Notes under the pieces: model-generated | The model's input: the letters and a program-made list of their open reading frames with translations, nothing else | Told to the model about the DNA's origin: nothing | The model's database searches: none | Program-made: the position numbers and the translations under genes | Assembly (NCBI GenBank): GCA_002897655.1 | Contig: BDTJ01000035.1 | Coordinates: 1-56,053, forward strand | From: an archaeon BMS3Abin17 | Lineage (GTDB): Archaea > Nanobdellota > Nanobdellia > Pacearchaeales > GW2011-AR1 | Reading direction: 5' to 3' | DNA length: 56,053 nucleotides | Part shown: piece by piece, positions 8,821 through 18,073 of the stretch | Numbering within the stretch: the stretch's first letter is position 1 | Layout: the number at the start of each line of letters is the position of its first letter

Positions 8821-9498
8821 TTATTCTCCCTTAACTTCTTCTGTAACAGCACCTCCGTGTGTTACTGAGTTTAATTTATCATAAAAATCCATGATTAATC
8901 CTGCAGGGACATTCACAATAACATCCAGGTCTCCATTATCAAGCCATTTTTCACTTTCTTTATATTGGTTTATTATTCCATAAACCTTTCCGGTGTGCAT
9001 TGCAGGGACAATTATCTTTACTTTTTTTGTTTCCACTTTAATTGGAATTGTCTTGCTTATTTCAGAAATAATATCTGTAATCTGATTTTCTACTGGAACA
9101 TTTTTTATATTAACATGTGCCTGCTCTAATGCTCTCTTTATCCTTTCTGAAGTATGAGGGTTTCCTGTCTGAGGGTCAATAGCATTGCTCACTAAGAAAT
9201 CAACAACCTGCTTGAATTTTTTCTCTTTTTCCTCGTCCCTGTGTTCTTGCGTTAAAAGAATTTCACCATTTTTTACTATTTTTTCAGCAATAGCATTAAC
9301 ATCTTCTGTTCCGAATGCTTTTTTTAAATCAGAACCAGGAGCTGTTTCTCCTTTTTTCGAATCACTAAAGATCTTATCAATTTGTAAAAAATCTGAAACA
9401 ATCCCTTCTCCTTTTTTGAATTTTAATGCATTATCCAAATCAACCATGATTTCAAAATTAATTCCTGCCTGCTTTATTCTTGCTGTTGTTTGCGTCAT
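8821..9498 (-). CDS. Ribosome maturation factor SBDS/Sdo1
   Basis: FEIMVD, IFSDSKKG, IDPQTGNPHT..RI..AL; superoperon position. Confidence 0.95.
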   Translation of the reverse strand: MTQTTARIKQAGINFEIMVDLDNALKFKKGEGIVSDFLQIDKIFSDSKKGETAPGSDLKKAFGTEDVNAIAEKIVKNGEILLTQEHRDEEKEKKFKQVVDFLVSNAIDPQTGNPHTSERIKRALEQAHVNIKNVPVENQITDIISEISKTIPIKVETKKVKIIVPAMHTGKVYGIINQYKESEKWLDNGDLDVIVNVPAGLIMDFYDKLNSVTHGGAVTEEVKGE

Positions 9499-9499
9499 C

Positions 9500-10219
9500 T
9501 TATAATCCTTTAATAGCTTCTCCTTCTAATCTCTGAAGTTTTGCCTCATCGTTTTTAATATAAGCTAATTCAAACTTGTTTATGTTGAATTTTTTTTCGT
9601 ATACTTCCTGAAAAATATCCAAGACCATCTTAACACCTTTTTTTATTGTTAAATCAGCTTTATATTTTTCTCTTAATTTATCTTTTATTTTATCATCATT
9701 TTCACCTATTGCATTTGCAGTGTATGAAAGATAGTTTCCAGTGATATCACTTGTATAAAGTTCTGGCTTTTTATTATTTATTCCAGCAAGCATTATTGCA
9801 GCACCGAAGGGCCTTGCTCCCCCATACTGTGTAAATTGCTGTTTTATATTTGAAATTTCTTTAATAATTAATTCTGGCTCTATTGGCGAATCATAAGTCA
9901 CTCTGTGCTGTTGGGATAATACCTGCGCCTTTTCAATTAAGATTCTTGCATCAGAAACAATCCCGGCAACACTAGACATAATATGTGAGTCTACCTCATA
10001 AATCTTGTTTGCTGATTTTTGAATGATTAACTTGTCATCTATTCTTTTGTCAGCAATTATAAACACCCCGTCTGAGCATACCACTCCAACACTCGCACTT
10101 CCAAGTCGTACTGTCTTCTGTGCATATTCAACCTGCAGCAAGTGGCCTTCAGGAGAGAACATAGTCGCTGTCCTATCATAACCCATTGCTTGATGTTGTA
10201 CATCTGTTGGTAATTCCAT
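9500..10219 (-). CDS. psmA: Proteasome alpha subunit
   Basis: GYDRTATMFSPEGHLLQVEYA, TQYGGARPFG. Confidence 0.96.
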   Translation of the reverse strand: MELPTDVQHQAMGYDRTATMFSPEGHLLQVEYAQKTVRLGSASVGVVCSDGVFIIADKRIDDKLIIQKSANKIYEVDSHIMSSVAGIVSDARILIEKAQVLSQQHRVTYDSPIEPELIIKEISNIKQQFTQYGGARPFGAAIMLAGINNKKPELYTSDITGNYLSYTANAIGENDDKIKDKLREKYKADLTIKKGVKMVLDIFQEVYEKKFNINKFELAYIKNDEAKLQRLEGEAIKGL

Positions 10220-10295
10220 TGTCTATATTATTAGAGAATTTTATAATAAACTTAACTTTTTCTTTTCTCTGTTAAATTTCAGAAGCCCTAACCAT

Positions 10296-10589
10296 TTATA
10301 ATGCTTTTGGTTGCTTTTTCCACATGTTTTTCACACTTCCTGAGACTCTTTCAACTGTCATTTTCTCTGGCCAGACAGTTAAAGCAGCTCTGACTTGATT
10401 AACTGTTTCACGATTTACAGCAATAATAGCATAATCTTTCCCTTTCTCAATCCAGCTCAATCCAGCTATTGACACCCCCAAAGTACCCATAAAATCCACA
10501 ATAGCCTGCTCAATATCCTCCTGAACAGTCTTGCCTCTGACCAAAAGATATCTTTTCTTCTCCCTCATTGATGGTTTAAGTGGTTTCAT
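10296..10589 (-). CDS. rnp2: RNase P protein component 2 (Pop5/Rpp14)
   Basis: KPSMREKKRYL ... VSGSVK; superoperon position. Confidence 0.88.
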   Translation of the reverse strand: MKPLKPSMREKKRYLLVRGKTVQEDIEQAIVDFMGTLGVSIAGLSWIEKGKDYAIIAVNRETVNQVRAALTVWPEKMTVERVSGSVKNMWKKQPKAL

Positions 10590-10649
10590 GATTTAATATA
10601 TCAAATACATAATATAAATCTTTATATCTAATCAATTAATAATCTTTTA

Positions 10650-11053
10650 ATGAGTGTTGAGAAAATCCTTAAAGCGACTAATATACCCTTAACTAAAGAT
10701 GTAAATCTTGAAGAGGCTGGAAAACTTCTAAAATACCTAGCAAAAGAATTACCTGCAGATATAAATTACATTCAATCAGGTTATATTTATCTAACTCGAA
10801 GCCCTTTTAATTGCAATATTCTTCATGAAACAAAAGAGGGACATCAAAACTAACAGGAATGATAACTTGTTTTAGAAAACCAATTGCTTTTGATTCTTTT
10901 GAATTTACTCCCTCAAAAAAAGATTCCTCTAAACTTGCATCAATTCAGTTTAATATGGTGCCTGATTGGGAGTTAGATGAGTATAGGCCCGAAGTAAGAA
11001 AACTTTGGCGTAATGTAAGAGAAGTTGTAAAACAATATTTTAAAACTAAATAA
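10650..11053 (+). pseudogene. Hypothetical gene split by a frameshift near 10835-10841
   Basis: ORFs 10650-10853 and 10859-11053 would join by adding one nucleotide (...ETKE/GTSKLTGMITCFRK...). Confidence 0.5.
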
Positions 11054-11112
11054 AACATTCCTAAAAACATTTAAACTCCTTTTTCCAATTAACAATATAA
11101 AAGAAGTGAAAA

Positions 11113-12456
11113 ATGGAAATACATACTGTTGGCGGATTTAGTGAAGTTGGAAAGAACATGACTGTTGTTAAGACAGGTGATGATGCTATTGTGATTGATG
11201 CAGGAGTTCATCTGCCCGCAGTTATAGAGCTTCAGGAGGAAGAAGAACAATATGTGGCTCCAACTGAAAAAAGATTAAGAAGCGTAGGAGCATTGCCAGA
11301 TGATTTAATTCTTGATAAGCTTGGGTTAAGAGATAAAGTCAGAGCAATTTTGTTAGGGCATGCCCACCTTGACCATATTGGAGCTATCCCTTATATGGGA
11401 TACAGATACAAGGCACCTGTTGTAGGAACACCATTTACAATAGCAGTGCTAAAAAAAATAATGGAGGATAATCAGATAAAGATACCCAACAAAATACATT
11501 CTGTCAAACCAAATTCATCATTTACTATTAGGGGAAAAAAAAGAAATTATCAGGCAGAATTCATAAATATAACCCACTCAACTATTCAGACAGCAATGGT
11601 GGCTCTGCACACTCCAGAAGGAGTTGTTCTTTATTCAAGCGATTTTAAGTTTGATAACAATCCTATTGTCGGGCTTCCTCCAAATTACGACGCTCTTAAG
11701 AGAATAGCAAAAAAAGGAGTAAAGGCACTTATTGTAAACTCTCTTTATTCAGGAGATGAAAGAAAAACTCCAAGTGAGAAAATAGCAAGGGCACTTGTTG
11801 AGGAAGTTTTATTGACAGTCAATAATAAAAAATCAGCAATTTTTGTCTCTACTTTCTCTTCGCATATCGCAAGGTTGAAAAGTATAGTTGATTTTTCAAA
11901 AAAACTTAACAGAGAAGTGTATGTTATTGGAAGAAGTATGAATAAATATATTTCTGCTGCAAATGAAATAGGGATGTGCCCTTTTAGAAAAGATATCCAG
12001 ATTGGAAGCTATAAAAAACAAGTATTGTCAATTTTAAAAAAAGTAAGCAAAGACAGAGAAAATTCTTTGGTTGTTTGTACAGGGCATCAGGGAGAGCCAG
12101 GAAGTATTTTAGACAGATTAGCAAGAAACAAACTACCTTTTCAGTTCAAACCAAATGATAATATAATATTTTCCTCAAAAACAATACCTGTTCCGATAAG
12201 CATGGCAAATAAAGAGCAAATGGACAAGAGACTAAAAAAAACAGGAGCAAGATTATTTGATAATGTTCATGTTTCAGGGCATTGTGGAAGAGAAGATATA
12301 AGAGATTTATTGACTTTAATAAATCCAGAGAATATTATTCCATTTCATGGATCAATGCAGCAGTTAATTCCATTGGTTGAGCTTGCAAAAGAAATGGGCT
12401 TTAGAACAGGAAAAGAGTGCCATTTAATGCAGGACGGGCAGAGATTGAAGTTGTGA
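11113..12456 (+). CDS. rnj: Archaeal RNase J (beta-CASP)
   Basis: GGFSEVGKNMT, HAHLDHIG, SDFKFD, TGHQGEP, HVSGH. Confidence 0.94.
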   Translation: MEIHTVGGFSEVGKNMTVVKTGDDAIVIDAGVHLPAVIELQEEEEQYVAPTEKRLRSVGALPDDLILDKLGLRDKVRAILLGHAHLDHIGAIPYMGYRYKAPVVGTPFTIAVLKKIMEDNQIKIPNKIHSVKPNSSFTIRGKKRNYQAEFINITHSTIQTAMVALHTPEGVVLYSSDFKFDNNPIVGLPPNYDALKRIAKKGVKALIVNSLYSGDERKTPSEKIARALVEEVLLTVNNKKSAIFVSTFSSHIARLKSIVDFSKKLNREVYVIGRSMNKYISAANEIGMCPFRKDIQIGSYKKQVLSILKKVSKDRENSLVVCTGHQGEPGSILDRLARNKLPFQFKPNDNIIFSSKTIPVPISMANKEQMDKRLKKTGARLFDNVHVSGHCGREDIRDLLTLINPENIIPFHGSMQQLIPLVELAKEMGFRTGKECHLMQDGQRLKL

Positions 12457-12528
12457 AGTTTATATTTGTTTTATTAAATTTAAGTTTTAAATAAATACTT
12501 TTATAATTATTTATTTCTTTAAATAATC

Positions 12529-13014
12529 ATGTTAAGATACTTTAAGAATTTCAAGAAATATGCTTTTAGGTTGGAGCTTCTTCAAGAGTATAAGGTTGAT
12601 GGTGAAAAAAAGGATTTTGAGGATTTTTTAAAAACAGGGAAAATTAAAAAAGAGTATAATGACGAAGAGTATTTAATAATAAAGAATGCGAAAGATAGAA
12701 ATGCCAGTATGAGTAGAGTTCATGTGTTTGAATTGCCTTTAACAGATTATCTAAAGTTTGAATTTAAGATGTATAAATTTAATGAATTAGCAGGAGAAAA
12801 AATATTTTTATTGGATAAATTAGATTTTGAAAAGATAAATAGCAATATAAATTTTGATTTTTGGCTATTTGATGACAAAATAGTTTTAAAGATGAATTAT
12901 GATAAAGAAGGAAGATTTTTAGGTTTTGAGGAGATTAGAACAGATCTTAGAAAATTTATAGAATTAAAAGATAAATTACTTTCTATTTCTAAAGCTTTAA
13001 AATCAATATCTTAG
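12529..13014 (+). CDS. DUF6879-like protein
   Basis: FRLELLQEY, RVHV..PLTDYLKFE, AGEKI, DFWLFDD, YD.EGRFLG pattern. Confidence 0.7.
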   Translation: MLRYFKNFKKYAFRLELLQEYKVDGEKKDFEDFLKTGKIKKEYNDEEYLIIKNAKDRNASMSRVHVFELPLTDYLKFEFKMYKFNELAGEKIFLLDKLDFEKINSNINFDFWLFDDKIVLKMNYDKEGRFLGFEEIRTDLRKFIELKDKLLSISKALKSIS

Positions 13015-13060
13015 TTTGTATAATCATACATTTTTTAAATAAAACATTCTTTAAATCATC

Positions 13061-13633
13061 ATGGTTAGAGAAGATATTCTTGGAGGGTTAATTTCAGCAT
13101 TATTGAGAGGAGAGTCTCTTAGGCATGCTATGATTAGCATGCATAATGCAGGTTATGATAAAAAAGAAATAGAATGGGCTGCAAGAACTTTGCAGATGCA
13201 GGGTTATCAGCAGATTGAACAGCCAAAAAAACCCCTTAAAGTAAAAAAGCAAATTCCAAAGCCAATGCCTGGGAAAATAACAAAAATAGTCTCAGCATAT
13301 GCGGAAGAACCTTCAAAAGAGCAACTTTTAATTCCAGAAAGTATAAAAGTAGATTTTAGAACTGCGATAAAGGGTAAAGGAGTAATTAATAAAGAAAAAT
13401 CTAAGGGTGATAGAGCAATAGATCTTGGTCCTGATGTTAAAAATGCAGACACTGAAGCAGATTCAATTATGGAACCCCGTGCATCAAGATATGAGCCAGA
13501 AGCCCAAAGAAAACCGGGAAAATCAATAATTATTGTTTTGATAATGATTCTGGTTTCTTTACTTGGAATCTTAGCATTAGTATTCTTATTCAAAGAAGAC
13601 ATAATAATTTTCTTTAATAATTTATTTGGTTAA
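13061..13633 (+). CDS. Hypothetical protein with a C-terminal TM anchor
   Basis: Hydrophobic C-terminal helix. Confidence 0.7.
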   Translation: MVREDILGGLISALLRGESLRHAMISMHNAGYDKKEIEWAARTLQMQGYQQIEQPKKPLKVKKQIPKPMPGKITKIVSAYAEEPSKEQLLIPESIKVDFRTAIKGKGVINKEKSKGDRAIDLGPDVKNADTEADSIMEPRASRYEPEAQRKPGKSIIIVLIMILVSLLGILALVFLFKEDIIIFFNNLFG

Positions 13634-13634
13634 G

Positions 13635-14237
13635 ATGCTAGAAATCTATCCACCATCAGATGATTCTTATTTTTTATCAAATATTCTTAAAAAAGAAATT
13701 CCAAAACTGTTAAATAAAAATAAAAATCCAGGTGTTTTAGAGGTTGGGTGTGGTAGCGGGGTTCAATTATCAACACTAAAGGGACTTGAAGTTAAATCCT
13801 TGTTAGGGTTAGACATTAATCAAGCTGCAGTTAATCATTGCAGGGGGCTTGGTTTTAATTGTATCTTGTCTGATCTTTTTTCTAACATAAAGAAGAAATT
13901 TGATTTAATTATATTTAATCCCCCCTATCTTCCAGAAGACAAAGATGAGCCAAAAAGTTCAAGGTTGGCTACAACGGGGGGAAAGGAAGGAAGCAGGATA
14001 ATAAACAAATTCTTGAAACAGGCAAAAAAACATCTTAATGAAAATGGAAAAATAATTTTGCTCACGAGTAATTTGGCAAAAAAAATTTACTGGAAAGATT
14101 ACAAGAAGAAACTCCTTGGAAAAAAGAAACTTTTCTTTGAAGAACTTTATGTTTGGGAGTTGAATGCCCCAACCGATAGTAGTCTGGGAGTTTATTTGGG
14201 AAGGTTTTTAATCTCATATAAATTATTTAATACATGA
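13635..14237 (+). CDS. HemK2/MTQ2-family protein methyltransferase (C-terminus extended through a tRNA-like fragment)
   Basis: IYPPSDDSY, LEVGCGSG, FNPPYLP, GGKEG, LFFEEL. Confidence 0.9.
   Translation: MLEIYPPSDDSYFLSNILKKEIPKLLNKNKNPGVLEVGCGSGVQLSTLKGLEVKSLLGLDINQAAVNHCRGLGFNCILSDLFSNIKKKFDLIIFNPPYLPEDKDEPKSSRLATTGGKEGSRIINKFLKQAKKHLNENGKIILLTSNLAKKIYWKDYKKKLLGKKKLFFEELYVWELNAPTDSSLGVYLGRFLISYKLFNT
14165..14176 (-). other. Orphan tRNA 3'-end fragment / direct repeat with 14618-14629
   Basis: Minus strand TCGG-TTGGGGC-A; GCCCCAACCGA recurs at 14619. Confidence 0.45.
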
Positions 14238-14572
14238 ATTGGGTTATGATTATTTTAGTAGGAGCACAATTATTATTTACTACTAGCGATCTTCTCGCAA
14301 GGACATATATGCCTAAACATGGTTTTGCATTAGCTACTTTTTTAAGCGCATGGTTTTTTGCATATTTCTTAATCAGAATAATCGCTATGTTTGGTCAGCT
14401 TTATGTATTCACCACAATTGAGTTGGGAAAAACTATGGCTTTATTTGGAGCAGTTTCAATTATTCTCGCAAATGTTTTAGGATTGCTTGTACTTAAAGAA
14501 GTTCTCTCCCCTTGGGCTTATGTTGGAGTTTCATTAGCAGTAATCGCATTTCTCATATTGGCATTAACTTAA
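14234..14572 (+). CDS. SMR/EamA-like 4-TM small membrane protein
   Basis: Four hydrophobic helices; G.LVLKE.LS...YVG motif. Confidence 0.75.
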   Translation: MNWVMIILVGAQLLFTTSDLLARTYMPKHGFALATFLSAWFFAYFLIRIIAMFGQLYVFTTIELGKTMALFGAVSIILANVLGLLVLKEVLSPWAYVGVSLAVIAFLILALT

Positions 14573-14598
14573 TTATTTTTTAATAGTTTTCAATGCGA

Positions 14599-14631
14599 CG
14601 CCCTAGCAGGGAGTCAACGCCCCAACCGAGA
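14599..14631 (-). other. Two fused tRNA 3'-end fragments
   Basis: Minus strand CTCGG-TTGGGGC-G followed by GACT-CCCTG-CTAGGGC-G. Confidence 0.6.
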
Positions 14632-14748
14632 AGCAGACAAAAATGTCCAGATTAACGGAATTTCTTTTTATTTGGACCTTGGTTTAATACTATATTTGTC
14701 AAAGACCTCTTTTATTTATAAGAATTGTCGAGATGGAAAGGATATAAT

Positions 14749-15288
14749 TTATTTCTTTAAACACTTTTTCAAATCCTCTTTTTTTAAGATTAAATATCTA
14801 AATTTTCCTTGCCTTAATTCATTTGAAAATCCATACTTTGGAGAGCAAACAATAGCCTCATACTTAGCATCTTTAATAATTTGCATCGCAGGTATAAAAT
14901 CAGCATCTCCTGAAAGAAGTATACAAACATCACATGTTTTTTCCACTAATACCTTTCTTATCATATCGGAAGCAATCATCACATCAATTCCCTTTTCTAT
15001 ATTAATCTTTAATTTCTTTATCTTTTTAAGTTTCCTCGTTTTAACAATTATTCCTTCTTTTTTGAGTTTATCTAAGAATTCTATATGTTTATAATAAACA
15101 TCTTTATTATCAGAAATATTTGGAACCGCATTATAGTATCTTACTTCATTAAGATTTAACCCAAATTTTTTACATATAAATTCCCCTAAACACTTAAAAT
15201 CGATATTTGAGACATGATCAATAATTGTTTTAGAATTGTGGTAAAAGTTACTCCCATCAATAAATAGAATTGCTTTTCTCTTAATCAT
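14749..15288 (-). CDS. NYN-domain (LabA/PIN-like) ribonuclease
   Basis: FIDGSNFY, EKGIDV..ASD, LLSGDADFIP. Confidence 0.92.
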   Translation of the reverse strand: MIKRKAILFIDGSNFYHNSKTIIDHVSNIDFKCLGEFICKKFGLNLNEVRYYNAVPNISDNKDVYYKHIEFLDKLKKEGIIVKTRKLKKIKKLKINIEKGIDVMIASDMIRKVLVEKTCDVCILLSGDADFIPAMQIIKDAKYEAIVCSPKYGFSNELRQGKFRYLILKKEDLKKCLKK

Positions 15289-15301
15289 TTAATAAAGTAA
15301 G

Positions 15302-15328
15302 CCCGGCATTGTCAAAGACCATACCGGG
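15302..15328 (-). promoter_or_regulatory. GC-rich hairpin in the NYN 5' UTR
   Basis: CCCGGTAT-g-GTC-ttt-GAC-a-ATGCCGGG. Confidence 0.6.
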
Positions 15329-15393
15329 GATTTAATAAGTATAATAATGGATTATTATATATAAACTCTTCGGTTGTGCAAGATAGTAAAATG

Positions 15394-15417
15394 TGATCCT
15401 GATGGGATTTTTTAACC
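15394..15417 (-). other. Degenerate tRNA 3'-end fragment
   Basis: GGTTaaaAAAT-CCCAT-CAGGATC-A. Confidence 0.5.
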
Positions 15418-15456
15418 TTGTTTTTATTTATTATATTGGATAAAAGCTGATTTAAT

Positions 15457-15648
15457 TTATAAGAATTGTCGAGATGGAATGGATACTATTCTTTGACCAG
15501 GATTATTTTTACAATCATCGCATGAATTGTTGCTATAAGAATAGAGATCATTTTTATTACATATATAATCTCCACTCTCTTGATGTAATAATATTTTAAT
15601 TGTTTCATCTAAAACGCAAGTATCTCTTATTGGTTTTTCTTTAGCCAT
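15457..15648 (-). CDS. Small Cys-rich hypothetical protein
   Basis: 63 aa, 4 Cys, TATA box upstream. Confidence 0.55.
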   Translation of the reverse strand: MAKEKPIRDTCVLDETIKILLHQESGDYICNKNDLYSYSNNSCDDCKNNPGQRIVSIPSRQFL

Positions 15649-15694
15649 CTTATCTTAAATAGGAGGATAATTTATATATCTTTTTAAAAATAAG

Positions 15695-15711
15695 CACCCC
15701 AACCAGGAGTT
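15695..15711 (-). other. tRNA 3'-end fragment directly after the thrC stop
   Basis: AACT-CCTGG-TTGGGGT-G. Confidence 0.5.
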
Positions 15712-15712
15712 A

Positions 15713-17074
15713 TTATCCTGAAACCGCTTTTGTGATTTCATCAAGGTCATTCTCTACCTGAACAGGAGTATTTGCAAATTTGTGCCTTTTGTCTTTATGG
15801 TAATCTATTGTAGCAACAGGATCTTTTAACTGATTTCCTGTTAAAATTCCAACTACAACCTCGCTTTTTTTTATTATACCTTCTTTTACAAGGTTCTTTA
15901 TACCTGCTATTGTAGTTGCGCTTGCAGGCTCACAACCAAAACCATTTCTTCCAACTATTGCTTTTGCATCAAGAGTCTCATCATCTGTTACTGTCCGGAC
16001 AACTCCTTTACTTAGTTCTATTGTTCTTAAGGCCTTTAAGAGATTAACAGGGCGATTTATCTCAATTGCAGAGCAGATTGTTTTTGCTTTTCTGTCTTCT
16101 TTATCCATTGTGCCGTAAAATTTTTCTATCTTCTCAAAATCAACTTCTCCATTATTCCATATTATTTTTTCTTCATTAACAATTCTGTGCAGGGTGTCTG
16201 CACCTTTGGAGTTTATTATAGCAATCCTTGGTATTTTCTCTATTAATCCCATTTTTTTAAGTTCGTAGAATGCTTTTCCAAATGCAGAAGTATTCCCAAG
16301 ATTACCTCCTGGAAGCACAACCCAATCAGGGGTATTCCATCCAAGGCCTTCCAGTAATCTATACATGATTGTTTTTTGCCCTTCTAATCTAAACGGGTTT
16401 ACAGAATTCATAAGATATATATTCTCTTTTTTAGAGATTTCAAGAACTTTTTTCATGGCATCATCAAAATCACCTTTAATCTGGATAACTTTTGCCCCAT
16501 ATTCAAGGCTTTGTGCAAGTTTACCAATCGCTATCTTATCACTTCCTACAAAAACAAGAGCCCCCATAGCACCTAATTCATTTGCAGCAAAAGCAGCCAT
16601 TGATGCAGCAGTATTCCCTGTAGAAGCGCAAACAACTTTTGTTTTACCAAGCATTTTTGCGTGTGTAAAACAAGCCGCCATTCCATTGTCTTTAAATGAG
16701 CCAGTAGGATTATCTCCTTCAAACTGCAGGTAGAATCTTTCCTTATTTAACCCAACATATTTTGCAACTTCTGTGAGCTTAAATGGGGAGGTCTGCCCCT
16801 CTTTTCCATCAAGAGAAACAAGCACTTGCTCATAATTTCCATCACCTAATGGAAAAGGAAGCAATTCTCTAAACCTCCAGACCCCACTTTTATCAAATAT
16901 GCTTTGAGGAGTGGCTTTTCTTCTCTTGAACAATTCTAAAAAAGAATGAGGAATCCCTTTTCCAGAATAGATAACATCAAGAAGATTGCCACATTTTGGG
17001 CATTTTGTCATTTCAGTATTTATATCTCCTTCAAAATCACAAGTAGGAATTATACATTTAAGTGATGTTTTCAT
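15713..17074 (-). CDS. thrC: Threonine synthase (PLP fold II)
   Basis: NPTGSFKD, CASTGNT, NSVNPFRLEGQKT, PGGNLGN, CEPASA. Confidence 0.93.
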   Translation of the reverse strand: MKTSLKCIIPTCDFEGDINTEMTKCPKCGNLLDVIYSGKGIPHSFLELFKRRKATPQSIFDKSGVWRFRELLPFPLGDGNYEQVLVSLDGKEGQTSPFKLTEVAKYVGLNKERFYLQFEGDNPTGSFKDNGMAACFTHAKMLGKTKVVCASTGNTAASMAAFAANELGAMGALVFVGSDKIAIGKLAQSLEYGAKVIQIKGDFDDAMKKVLEISKKENIYLMNSVNPFRLEGQKTIMYRLLEGLGWNTPDWVVLPGGNLGNTSAFGKAFYELKKMGLIEKIPRIAIINSKGADTLHRIVNEEKIIWNNGEVDFEKIEKFYGTMDKEDRKAKTICSAIEINRPVNLLKALRTIELSKGVVRTVTDDETLDAKAIVGRNGFGCEPASATTIAGIKNLVKEGIIKKSEVVVGILTGNQLKDPVATIDYHKDKRHKFANTPVQVENDLDEITKAVSG

Positions 17075-17116
17075 ATAAAGTCCTTATAATCTGGAATTTA
17101 AATATATTTGTGTGGG

Positions 17117-17611
17117 TTATCTAATAATCTCTAGGATTTTTTTCACAGTTAACATGACATCATCATTTTTGATAATGTGCTCGTTTTTTATCTTAATTGA
17201 TTCTATCTCTCTCTTAAGATTATCAAAATCATTTACATCATTTTTTATTGGTCTATCTGTTATTGCCTCTACCTCTAAGAGTTTTTTAAGGGGCCTCATG
17301 AGTCTAAACCAGTATGAAGGCACCTTTGCATCATTTACGAACTTAAGTATTTTTCTAAAGAAATATTCATAGTTAATAATCTCTTCTAAGATAATATAAT
17401 TCTTATGTTTTTTGTTGATTAAGTGTAATTTTTTTATAGATTCTTTGTAAGCAATTTTTAAAGATTCTTGGAAATCTTTTTTCTCTTCCATTGCTTTAAG
17501 TTTAAATTCATCAACACATATAAGCTCTGAATTAGGAAGAATTTTTCTTATGTGATTAGCAATAAGGGTTTTTCCTGTTCCTGGAACTCCTCGGATGATT
17601 ATAGTTTTCAT
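17117..17611 (-). CDS. P-loop nucleotide/AAA kinase
   Basis: IIIRGVPGTGKT Walker A. Confidence 0.8.
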   Translation of the reverse strand: MKTIIIRGVPGTGKTLIANHIRKILPNSELICVDEFKLKAMEEKKDFQESLKIAYKESIKKLHLINKKHKNYIILEEIINYEYFFRKILKFVNDAKVPSYWFRLMRPLKKLLEVEAITDRPIKNDVNDFDNLKREIESIKIKNEHIIKNDDVMLTVKKILEIIR

Positions 17612-18072
17612 TTTTGTAAAAATTTAACATAGTTATTAATATCTATATTGCTACTTCTTTTATAATACATTGGAACATGAATAGCTTGGCATCCTAATTT
17701 TAATGCTGGATTAATATCTCTTTCTTTTCTGTCACCAATTACGAGTAATTTATTGGGTTCTTTAAGAAGATTGTAATATTTAAGGATAGGCAGGAAATCT
17801 TTAGGCTGTTTATTGAAATTAGCCCCTTTTCTTGGCATTTTGAAAAAGTTATCAAAATATCTTGGGTTTATATCTGCTTTATTTAACCCTGATAAGACAT
17901 CTTCAGTTAAAGCGTCTGAGCACGTACAAAAAGTTAGGCCTTCCCAAGTGCCTTCATCCAAAAGCCTAATTATTCCTTTTCTTGGAGCTTTTTCATCTGT
18001 TGTAGCAAGAATAACTCCATACACATCAAATGCAACAACTTCTATACTCGGAGAAATTATTGTTTTTCTCAT
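17608..18072 (-). CDS. HAD-superfamily hydrolase
   Basis: FDVYGV, PK, VIGDRKERDI.PA..LG; likely start ATG 18072. Confidence 0.8.
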   Translation of the reverse strand: MRKTIISPSIEVVAFDVYGVILATTDEKAPRKGIIRLLDEGTWEGLTFCTCSDALTEDVLSGLNKADINPRYFDNFFKMPRKGANFNKQPKDFLPILKYYNLLKEPNKLLVIGDRKERDINPALKLGCQAIHVPMYYKRSSNIDINNYVKFLQK

Positions 18073-18073
18073 C

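Larger units (their letters stand above)
14714..15485. repeat. 31-bp direct repeats (14714-14744 and 15455-15485) flanking the NYN gene
   Basis: ATTTATAAGAATTGTCGAGATGGAA(A/T)GGATA, one mismatch. Confidence 0.85.

Noticed and set aside
14714-15485. 31-bp repeat pair as a CRISPR array
   Set aside because: Only two copies about 740 bp apart with a gene between them, and no cas genes in the window.
3279-15711. Intact or split tRNA genes
   Set aside because: Only 3' fragments are visible. No D or anticodon arms, 5' halves or complementary leader sequences were found.
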